Source: Camelus dromedarius (Eukaryota). Taken from it: a DNA stretch of 64,000 nt. Positions 13,453 to 24,062 of the stretch are shown piece after piece (position 1 is the stretch's first letter; each line of letters begins with the position of its first letter). The notes beneath the pieces are model-generated. The model was not told the origin of the DNA and did not search any database. It saw only the letters and a list, made by a program, of their open reading frames with translations. The translations under genes were made by a program, and so were the position numbers. The stretch spans positions 12,278,001 to 12,342,000 of the forward strand of contig NC_087438.1 of assembly GCF_036321535.1 (NCBI RefSeq). Reading direction: 5' to 3'.

Positions 13453-16400
13453 AAAGTCCATGGAAAGACTTCCTAGATATAATTAATAAAAATAATAAGC
13501 CTTAAAGTGTCTCTCACTCACTCATTCACACACACACACATAACACCCCCCTCAACAGTGCTATATGTTACCTAAATCCCTGCAGCTAGAACCACCACCA
13601 CATAACTGCTCTGGCTCAGGGTTAACTCACAAGGATACTTAATTACAATGCAAAGGAATGAGAATTAAAAACAAAAAATCCATACAAACTAGTCCCAACA
13701 CAAACGGCCAATGGCTCCCTGGAGGGTGTAAAGCCAGGTCCCCTGTGTGCTTTGCCCTTAAATGAACAGCAGGTACAGTGCTGGGGTCTTCTGGGGGTCG
13801 GATATGAATCCACAGCCCTGCTTATAATTAACTGAGAAGAACGCCTCCCTCCTCCACTCTGGCTCAGAGAAGAACCTAACAGTGGACACAGAAACCCAGG
13901 ATTATGTGCTGACTTCCTCCGTGAAACAATGCATGTCGTTAACTCTAATAAGAAGTTACAAAACCCCTGCCTTCGTAAATATATCATGACAGGGTGTCTC
14001 AGCCTTGCCTGGGTGAGGCTGGGCTCACAACCCTCAGAAAACTTGCTGCCAAACAGTCTAAGTAAAAATGTGCAAAACCCTTTGATCAAACATCTCCACT
14101 CCCGGAAAATTTTATCCTCAAGAAATAATCAGACAAGTGTGCAATGACCTGAGTACAAGAATGTACGTCTGCAGCTTTCTGTAAAAGCAAATATCTAGAA
14201 ACCATCTAAAATGAACAAATAAGGTGATTTACATGCCTTTGAATGAGCAGGGCCACTCTTAGACCAGACACCTAGGACTCCTCCCTTGGGCTACAGGCTT
14301 TAGAGTGCCCTGTACATCACAAAGGGAAAAAAGGTAAATAAACAGAAGCTCCGTATATAAAGAGTGAATCATGGTCTTTCACGGCAAATGATATTATCAA
14401 TTTTGAACTTGGCAGTAGTGAGCAGCAATTATTTGATATGAACTATTGTTTACTATTAACAATATCAGCAAAAGCTGCTAAAATCTCCCAAACTAATTTA
14501 GCCACTTCACTTTTTAAAAATGTGTTTTTAAAAACTTGAGAAAAATTTCCTCAATCGAATGAAACATGCATCAAAACTGGTAGTTCAAGAAAATATTAAA
14601 AAAAATTAGACGAAGGAAGTTAAAAAAATTTGCAGGACTAGGAAGAAAAACATTCACACAAGCATCATCCCTTACCACATCTTTATATATAGACTACTTT
14701 CTGGCCAAGATGCATTAAAGTTTAGTCTCATCTGAAAACAGATTTTTAATGAATTCACTTCTGTCTTCATTTTCTTTATAGTATACAAAGGACTGAAAAG
14801 TTTGAGGAACAATTTAAGAAATAGGGAAAATTCACACTATTAAAGACTTATATAATGAAATTAAAATACTTTTTTACTTCCTGCAGTATCAATAGCCTGT
14901 ATTCCTTTTTCCATCCAAATATTGCTGCATGAATTTGGTTAACAATGCCAATAACTACTGTCCTGCCTTTGCAAGGCAAGCCTTCTTTAAATTGAAATCA
15001 AAGAACCACAGTGACTCAAGAAAGGATTTCTACTTTGGTGTTACTGTCAATAAAACAAATTACTGTGAAACTCTTGACTGTAACCATATAATTAGTGATT
15101 CTGCTGAAATATGGGCAAGGAGAGTAGCTCTATGGAAAATTTATTGTGGAGTCTGTGTCTGTTACTCATGCAGACATCACTGGCCCAGCAACAGAACACC
15201 CACACAGGTGCAACTGCGACTGCCTCCATCCATCCCGCGTGGTCTGACTTTCAGCAACAGAACCCGCCACTCTTGACATTTTTCAGTTGTATCCCAATGA
15301 AGCTTTATTTCTCAAATTAGGAGACCAGAAGACACTTACTTACCAGTTTGGAAGCTTGATCTATAACTTAAATATTGAGATATGCGATATGGGGCTTCCA
15401 TTCATAACTCGTTCGTGCCCCTGGTCCTGTCTGCACACATGCGAGTTTCTTGGCATTTAAAGCTTTTCTCAATCAACTCTTAAGTGAAAAACATTCCAGG
15501 TGTCCTTTTACAGAAAGATACAGAGGCAGAGAAACCATATACCACAAAACATTAAGAGTAGGGCTGGGGAAGTTTTTGCCCTTGACTTAAGGTGTTTTCT
15601 AAATTTTCTAAACTGAGTACACTCTGCAGGATTAAGGAGAGAAAAAAATGAATTTAAGAATGGCATGAAAGAGTAATATGGTAAATCTATGTTTATCAAA
15701 GCTTTTGTTTTTAAGAACATTCCTAATGCGAAATTTATTCCTAGTAACACAAATTTAAGTATCTACGAAGCTACTAAAACCCCCAAATCAATGGTAGCCG
15801 CACACATGAGCCTGCAGTCTACTAGATAAATTTCTTTTAAACAGAACTTTTAACACACAAAGTCAATATCAGGAGCAGATTCTTCAAAAAGTCCACCTCT
15901 CCCCAACAATGCACATTACAGTCAATGGACACTGCTTACATGTTATTAATTGACCCTCAAAAATGACACAAAAGAATCATAGTATTCTTTGGGGATCCAG
16001 TGTTAAGTAAGAGACCAAGTGAAAAAGCTACATTCTATTCCAACACCCCCAAAACTTACCTCGGCCCTTAAGTCACTCACAGGTAGTAAAGATAAACATT
16101 CCTACACCAAAGTACAAAAATTCAACCTTGCCCACCTTTTCTAATGTAAATCTCTCACTTTTTTTTTTTAATTACCACAATTATAAATGCTGTTATGCGG
16201 AGTCAGTTTTCACCCTGAAGAGCAGATACTGAAGCTGGAGGAAGGTAAGACCGTTTAAGTGCATACCCGCCAGCTGGTCCTGCCCTGCTCTGGCTCTGTT
16301 TCAAGAGCTGCGTCACAGCTTCGCCACAAGCACTCTGATACTTTCTCCCCCTGTAACTGGCAGAGTCAGATGATATGATGTCATGTGACATGAGAGGCTA

Positions 16401-17074
16401 GATTTAAACTGGGGACTCAAGTTTCTTACTTGATGCCTGGTGGGCACATTTTCCAAACAGCTCTCAGCGACGCAGCAAAACGTTTTATTCAAGGAATGCT
16501 CTTTGAGAAATGCTCTGCTCTGCTGTCAATGATCACCCCACCCACGAGCATTAATAAGCTCACAAGTAAAGCGACGGATATGGAGAAACTCTGGGAAGGC
16601 AGCCAGAATCTTTAACCAAAAGAGAAGATTCCATCAGAAAACCTCCAGGAGGAAGACTCCAACAACGGATAGTTAGAAGTGGGGAGTCAGATGAGTCTCA
16701 CCTTTCATTTTAATTTAAAAAATACTTCTCAAAACTCTAGCTTTCTAAGTGCCTTCCTTATTATTTAAATCTTCGTACCATCCTCATGAGGTTGGAGCCA
16801 GCAGCTTCAGAAGCCACATTTTACAAGGGAACAGAAGGTAACTGTCTCTCCTAAGCAAAACAAAAATGAGTGGCATGCTCAAAAGCTGATTAACATCACC
16901 CTCCTGGGTCTGCCATGTTTCTGGGGCTCTGGCCACTTGTACTCCCAAACCCGCATGCAGTTTTCAACTCAAAATTCATCTACTAACTGCCTACGGTATA
17001 AAGCACTTCATCAAAGTATTTAGAAACAATGACGCAAGCATAAGGCAAGTGACACCCACAGGAGAGGAAAGCAT

Positions 17075-17310
17075 GGCCGTGAATAGCAGAGAGACTCCGG
17101 AGACAACCTGTCTAGGTTCAAAGCCTGGCCATCCCTTTCTGTGTGACCTGGAGCCAGTTACTTAACCTCTCTGTGCCTCACCTTCCTCCTTTAGGAAGCC
17201 TTACTCATAGGGTTGCTATAGGGATTAATTACTGACTGTACACAAGTGCTCAGAAACGTGTCTGGCACCTAGTAAGCCCTCAGTACATCTCAGCCATATT
17301 TATTACTGTT
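17075..17310 (+). mobile_element. MIR
   Basis: ctaggttcaaagcctgg...ctgtgtgacctgg...agttacttaacctctctgtgcctca...ctcatagggttgct...gtctggcacctagtaagc. Confidence 0.85.
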
Positions 17311-19921
17311 TTCAAAGAACTGTAAAATGCTGCATAATCAAGGGAGGAAGAAGAATCTCCTCTTGCTATAAAAAAAAAATCTGTACTTGAGGGGAAAGTA
17401 ACACAAGGATAGAATCCTATCCTCAAGGACCTTTCAGTACAAACAAGGTGATAAAACTTATAAATCAGATATTAACCCTCTCTAGGCTCTGTTTGCTCAT
17501 TTGAGAAGTGGGGGGAGGGGAAAAATAGAAAGAAAGGTAAATAAAGCCTCTAGCTAACAAATTCCTAACAGGACCAGGACAGAAAGAGGCACAGCCAAGT
17601 TCAGAGGAAAGAGAGGAAGGAGTGACCATGAACTAGGCCTGTCACGGATGGTTTCAAAAAGGAGCCAGACAGGCAGGACATCCGATCAGCAGAGAGGAGG
17701 GCACAGACACAAAGGGACAGAGTGGGACCGGGAACAGAGCCTCAGGAGTAGAATTCATGTGGGGGAGAGGAGGAAAGCGTTGCAAGGTCACAAGGCCTTG
17801 GAAATCGGACTAATGCATGTGAACCTGATTTTGTAAGCAATACAGGCACGCTTTACAGACTTCTGGAAAATCAGCCAGACATGTACTGGTCAAAAGGAAG
17901 AGAATTAATAAATGCAATCTATCACCAGAAATGATACTGGTAACAGCTCTAACACCAAGAGCCCCCTGCACCATTGGGTGCTGGGCTCTCAGTCACCACC
18001 AAAGGCTGCTCGTTCCTAACTTCTAGGTTACTATAACCTTTTCTTATCACTAACCTACCAGGTGCCAAGTCCTTTGTAAATCTTATCTCGAATTCTAATA
18101 ACCATGCAAGATCGACACTATTATGCTCACTTACAGACAGAGAAAGCAAGCCCCCGAAGGAAGGTCAGATAATCTGGCTGAGAGCCCACAGGTGGGGAGG
18201 GTGCAGCCGGGCTCCCCGAGGCCACATCTTTTCTACACTCAAGAATGAGGCGCCCTCACCCTGCCCAGGGGCAGTCAGGCCAGGCTTCGTGGAAACTTGG
18301 CTGGTTGCTCCTGCTTGAGGGCTCCCTGCAAACCAATGGCCTGAGAGTATTACACAACAATTACTCTGAGTGCAGAAGTTTGAAACCCATTAATAAGAAG
18401 GTTCCCCACTTCCTACTGATCCCCATAGGAGCACACATTCAAGGCTCGTGTCCTTACTAAAGGTGACCCCACTGAAAAGCTGGCAGGGCTGGAAAAGCAA
18501 GCACCCTGCCCTCTCCCTGCACAGCCCTGGTTAAACAGTGACGGCCCCTCCCAGGCTGGTCTGGGCCTGATTTGGTGAGAGGTGAGCGCCTCGAACAGCA
18601 GGCCACGGGCGGACGTGGGGGACCAGCCATGCCCTGCCCACCCCACCCTGGACAGGAGACAGGCTCCCTGCTCCAACAACTGCCCTGCTCGCAGCTGATC
18701 CTGGAGCTTTGCTGGCAGGGCCCCAAAAATGAGCACCTGACTACAGAAATCCTTGCAGGGTATGCAGAAAGGGCAAGACACCGTCACTCCATGGTGGGAA
18801 AAAGGGACACCAGGGAATGTTCTGATTCCATTTTACAGTCGTCAAAGGGTTCATCCTCAGGATGCGGTGAGACAAGGAAGTCCTCTGTGCTTCCTTTATG
18901 CCCTTGAGAAATGACAGGAGGGTGGAGGGGAGAAGCTGCCAAAAATAAGTCTTAATTTTTTTTTAACCAAGAAATATAAGACGTGAAACAAAACAAAACA
19001 CTATAAAATGTGGAGAAAAACAGGCTCAAGAACTCATTCCAGGTTAAACTCGTGAACTCCAGGTACTAAACTAAGACATCTCCCCAAATTAAGTGGAGAT
19101 GAGGAAGGTGTTTCCACTTAACATCTTGAGAGTCGGGTTTGTTCCAACCCAGAGTGAACAAGGCTGTAAGAAGCAGGTACAGCTGGAATGTTTCCCACCA
19201 ACAGTTCATCCCTTAAAACATTAGTATCTGCTTTATGCTTGTATTAATGAGCACCTTACTCAGGAATATTTTTACATACTTTTTCTGAAAGTCAAAGTGT
19301 TCACCTATGTCCCACTAATAACCCTCAAAAGATCTTTTGCTTGAACGGCCATTAGGCCACTCCTGTTCCTTAAACAGAAGACAGAAAAGTCAAGTTCATT
19401 TATGTGTTCAACTGGTACCGACTGGCCCCTCCAGTATTCAGGGCACTGTGCTTAGTCCTGAGGACTTGGAAACAGCGGCCCCTTCAAAACGTCAACCACA
19501 CGTTTGCACAGTAGTCTTGTTACTTTCCTGGCTGAGCCTTTTCAGTTTTAAAAATTGCTTCTGGTTACATACGTACCTAAACTTAGGTTCCTCCTGAAGT
19601 GAACTTTTTAAAAACTTACCTCTAAATGCTGAGAAAACAAATTTCCCAGAAGTGCGCACACAACTTACACAAGAGAAGTCATAAAAATCCAAGGCAGGCC
19701 ATGAAGAAACAAACTCAGTTGGGGAGTGTGGGGAACTCGGTGTCTCCCATCTGGGGGGTACGCTCTGAGGTCAGGAGCCCATCAGCTGGGGGGCACAAGC
19801 CTCACAAGCTTCGGGCTGGCGGCAGTAAGACACCGGATGCTACTTAAAGCAGGCAAGAAGCCTATGCCTGCAACACGCACAGGAGTTAATTCCACAGGGC
19901 AAATGCTTGGTGAGTCTAGCT

Positions 19922-20121
19922 CAGTGGTTCTCAGCTGGGAGTGACTTTGCTCCCTGGGGCTCACTGGGCAATGTCTGCAGACACCTTGGTTGTCACGACT
20001 CCGGGTGTCACTAGCATCTACTGGGTAGAGGCCAGGGGTACTCAACATCCTACCAAGCACAGGAGGGTCCCCCCACACCAAAGAATTAACATGTCAATGG
20101 TACTCAGTTTGAGAAACCCTG
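19922..20121 (+). mobile_element. MER20 with intact termini and perfect 8-bp TSD
   Basis: Begins cagtggttctca and ends tgagaaaccctg, flanked by gtctagct at 19914-19921 and 20122-20129. Confidence 0.92.
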
Positions 20122-20980
20122 GTCTAGCTCTAAATAGCAGCTGTTAGTCACAAGGAGCTCCCATTTCCTTATTATTTGGCCATTCACACATAAAGCTAAT
20201 ACATGTAACATCTCATTCAATTTCTTCTTCAGTTGTTCACACTGCTTGTTGGACAGCCATTTGAAGCTCATACATCATCATCCCTAAATCACAAGGGGAA
20301 AAGTTACCAAAGAACAGGGCACCACTTAGTGATAAATGAGGCTCTACAATTCTGTTGTCCTTGGAAATGTATCACTTCACACTCACTGTTTCTACTCTAA
20401 CAGGACATTACAAGATGTTCTTCACTGAACAATTTAACAAAAGGATGCTCTGTTATGAGACACTGAAGAGTGACAGGATCTACATTAGGAGTTTGTCTCC
20501 AATCAATACAGCAATGCATAGCCTCTGTGGCTCTGCCTGCTTCCCATTCAAAGCAATTATGCTGAGGGGAGAAACTCTGATTAGAAATTAATACTGACTA
20601 GAAATAAAGATCAGAATTAATTTCTGATTAGAAATTAACACTGTAACATAAATACAGCCCAAGATTAAAGGTATAACTTTAAATACATAACCATTTCCCA
20701 AAATACTAAGGTCATCAGCAACAGAGGAAAAAGGCTGTGGGTTCTATTAACCATCTTTTCAACCTTGAGCAAGCAACTTAATGTCTTTGGTTTAAGAGTC
20801 TTCATCTAAGAAAGAAAGGGAATGGAGAAGATGGACAACTTCAACATTATATTAATCATGGAAATAAAATTCCACAACTAGGTCTCCTTACACTGAACCA
20901 AGGTATAGTGTAAGGAGAAAGGGCTTGGAAGTCAGACAGGACTGCTGGAGGGTAGGAGGTTGCAGCTGTCTCGCGCTATC

Positions 20981-21012
20981 CTGCAGTTTCCCCCACTTGC
21001 GCTAGGGGGCAG
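20981..21012 (+). promoter_or_regulatory. Putative CTCF site with upstream (ZF9-11) module
   Basis: Core gcgctagggggcag (20999-21012) differs from CCRCTAGGGGGCAG only at the first base. The upstream module tgcagt starts 17 nt before the core. Confidence 0.65.
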
Positions 21013-22671
21013 AGTTCTCCCGAAGGGGATTTCACTGGACCACCCCGGTCCACGGACAGGCTTCATGGGGACTGAGAACCCAACAAACGAAATACAAATT
21101 CTACGTCTCATCAAATTTCCTAAGGGACCCATAACACAAAATCAAAATAAAGGCCTCCCTACCCTCTCTGCCCCTCTCAAAAAAAAAAAAAGTTAAGAAT
21201 TAGTGTCCTGCAGGCAGGGCCTGAGGTTTTCCAACAGATGAAAGCAATTAAACATAGCTCACCGGTCTTTCATCATTGGTTAACCTGCAACTCCTGCAAA
21301 AAGTTCTGGTGCCTTCTTACAAGCATGAAACAAAGGTCTATGGATTAGAAAATGCTACTGTCTCACAATTAGAGGTTTCATTTTTTAAAAAAAAAAAGGT
21401 AAAAATATATTAATGAATGATTAATTCCTGTCCAATCTACCTCTCAGTTAATGTGGGTATCACACGTGAGACATCACTTTGAAAAAAGTGGATAATACTA
21501 TTACACGAGAATGTATTCATCACTTTGGTCATTATAATCAGCTATCTCTAGTAAGCGGGCATCCAGAAAGTACAATGACTTGAAATAATATATCCAATTA
21601 AGTCTGACAAAGCGAGTTAGCCAACACAGAGGCAAACCCTCACCAGTCTAATTTGCTGGAAGTTTCCAAAACTGTCCTGGATTTACAATACATCCCTTGC
21701 TTTCAGTGAAAGTCACTTCAGACTCCTCAAGTCAACTAAGTTTACTTTGAGCCACTTAAAACCTCAAACTTAAATAGAATTTGTTAAACAAACACAACCA
21801 AGAAAGAAAAGGGAGCCAAGAAACCACAGTAACTCTCGACCCCCCCCAACCCCCCCCAAAACGGTTCTCAAGTCAAGAGTTTCAAGTAACTCCGGTGTCC
21901 CGCCTTCAACGACCCTAAAAGGAAGATCGTTTTAATCTTAAAAAATAACCTGTTTGTCCTAAACGATCTTCTTCAAATTCAAATTCAAAATCTGCCAAAG
22001 ACAGCACAAATATTTGATCTTTTCATCTTCCCTCTGGAATGATCTCAAATTCTAAACGAGCACTTCTTGGTGAGCACTAGACCTAGGCTCCAAAGGTCCG
22101 ACCGGCAGAGACTACGGTGAATGATTAAACCCTCGCCTCCCCCTTCTCACACTTCATTAAGCCGTCTCCTCTGGAAGTGTTTGCACCCCTCTCACAGGAA
22201 GCCGGCACGTTTTGCAAAGGAAATACCAGACCAGACCTTTCTTGGGGAAAGGCACGTCCCCGCTGAACATTTTATTGGGTTTCCTGCACCCAGGCAGCTG
22301 GGCATGCAGATCCCCCGTCCGGGCCCCTAGTCCGCCGCCTCCTCTCGCGCGGAGCGCCGCAGGGACACCCGGTGAGCCAGCCACCCACGCAAAAGGACGC
22401 TCATCTTCCCTGCATCCCGGAGCCAAGTGCGAGCGCGGGACAAAATAAAACCTGCCCCGGCTTACTCAGCCGGAGACTCCCCGGGGGTTGGTCTCAGGCG
22501 ACTCCCAGAAAGTCTCGCCCTCTCGGGCTTAAGAGTGCGCGGTAGCAAGTGTGCGCGCGGCGCGGTACGCACATCCCTCCCTCCCTGGAGGCCAGTCCGG
22601 ACAGGAAGGGAGTCCGCGCCGAGTCGGGCCGGGCCGCCGGCGCCTGCCCTCCCGGCCGCGAGCGCACTCAC

Positions 22672-22692
22672 CTCGGGGAAGAAGTTGTCCAT
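22672..22692 (-). CDS. MYO10: Coding part of exon 1 of unconventional myosin-X (MDNFFPE, 21 nt, phase-0 intron follows)
   Basis: Minus strand reads GGGAACA-ATG GAC AAC TTC TTC CCC GAG|GTGAGT, with strong Kozak context (A at -3, G at +4) and a consensus donor at 22671-22666. The peptide matches the recalled mammalian MYO10 N-terminus MDNFF(T/P)EGTRVW, and it lies in a CpG island. Confidence 0.93.
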
Positions 22693-23180
22693 TGTTCCCG
22701 TGCGCTTCCCAACTTGCCAGAGTCCGGCTTCCAGCTCGCGGAAGTCAGCCCAGCTGAAGGTCCGAGGAAACCATGCGTGTCACGGCGCGACTCCCAGGAA
22801 CTCGAGCCCCCAGGGCTCCCCCGCTGCCATCTCCTTCTCCCCTTCTCGTCTTTCGCACCTTTTGTTTGCCCAAACCCAAGTCTCTAACTCATCCGTCCCA
22901 ACCGCAGCCTTTGTCTCCAATTTCTCCAAGTTCCTCACTCCTGGACGCAGCGCTCGCGAGCGGAGAACAGCTGGTGGCACATTCTTCCCGCGGGCTGAGG
23001 GAGGGCGGCGGGGGGCTGGGGAGCGCGCCCCTCCTTCTGCGCTCCGGCCGGAGGCGCTCCGGACGGGCAGGGGAACAGCAGCCACAAAGCGAGCCCGGAG
23101 TTGCTTTCCCCGCGCTAACGCCGCCGCGGTGAGGACTCGGGCGCCCGGGCTCAGCCGGCTCACCACCTCACCGAGACTTG
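22693..23180 (-). other. MYO10: Probable 5' UTR of MYO10 exon 1 (TSS position approximate)
   Basis: GC-rich sequence between the ATG and the GC-box cluster. The ~0.5 kb exon length is inferred from recalled human gene structure. Confidence 0.6.
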
Positions 23181-23942
23181 CAGACCGGAGCGCACGGTCC
23201 GGCCCCGCCCACTCGCTCGCCTCGCCCCGCCCCGCCAAGAGCTGAGCCCCGCCCACTCAGCCGGCCCACCCTGCTCGCCCGCCACGCCACGCCCCTCCAG
23301 GGGCCCAGGCCTCGGCCAACCCCGCTCCGCGCTTCCGCAGGGTCCGGCCTCGCCCGGCCGGCGCGCCCCGCCCCCATCTACGCCCAGACCCCGCCCTCTC
23401 TGAGCCTCGGGCCACGGCAGCCTCCGCGGCAGGCGGGGAAGGCGGGGTCCAAGCGGTTTCCCCCTCCTTCCCCGCCTCCCCGTCTAGGTGCGGGCGGGGG
23501 TGCTGACTCCTCTCTGGTGAAAGAGACCAAATAGTCACCAAGGAGGAGGGGTTGGGGGACTTTTTTTGTGCCTTTGATCTTTAGCGAACCCTGGAACTGG
23601 CTCAACGCGGATCTCATTAATGCAGCTCGGCAGATGAGCGACCCCGGGGAAGGAAGCGCGGTCCGCGGAGTTGCCCCTTCTCTTGGACCAGATCAAAGGG
23701 GAGAACGGAGGCTAATCAGAATTTCTGGAAGCTGCCTTCCGGTGTGGTGTTTCTCTCCTGCGGTCAGGTTAAAAGACGTTTTCATTGCAGCGGGAAAATG
23801 TAGTTTTGTAAACAGAGAGGACGTGGCCAATTGCACCTTAAAAAATGTAACCCTTTTCCTGGACATAAGGAAGCAGATAGGCAGACGGAAGTGAGATGGA
23901 TGAAGGATCAAATCCACCTGGTACTGAGTCTTAGTTTCCTCT

Positions 23943-24062
23943 AGGGCAGGTTTTCAAACTTGAGCGCGCACAGGAATCACCTGGGAATCTGATTAAAATT
24001 CAGATTGGAACTGAGTGGGGTGAGCACTGATTATCTGCAGTTCCAGCAAGCTTCCAGGTGCC
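23943..24062 (-). mobile_element. MER5A-like hAT-Charlie fragment
   Basis: ttttcaaacttgagcgcgcacaggaatcacctggg...ttaaaattcagatt. Confidence 0.65.

Larger units (their letters stand above)
1..22671 (-). other. MYO10: MYO10 intron 1 (partial, continues beyond window start)
   Basis: Starts at the GTGAGT donor. No sequence encoding GTRVWLRENGQHF (expected exon 2) was seen, and the content is repeat-rich. Confidence 0.8.
22100..23760. promoter_or_regulatory. CpG island / TATA-less promoter of MYO10
   Basis: Very high GC and CpG density against CpG-depleted flanks. Many GC boxes (ccccgccc) at ~23200-23500, ETS-like cores (cttccgg ~23737, cggaagtg ~23886), and no TATA box seen. Confidence 0.92.

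Noticed and set aside
14250..14940. Possible degraded hAT-Tip100 element
   Set aside because: Only a vague terminal resemblance; I could not confirm family motifs by eye.
22462..22671. Continuation of the MDNFFPE ORF (VSALAAG...)
   Set aside because: Read-through past the GTGAGT donor into intron 1.
22427..23245. 272-aa plus-strand ORF and overlapping ORFs in the CpG island
   Set aside because: Stop-codon scarcity in GC-rich DNA explains them; the composition is Arg/Pro/Ala/Gly-rich with no recognisable domain.
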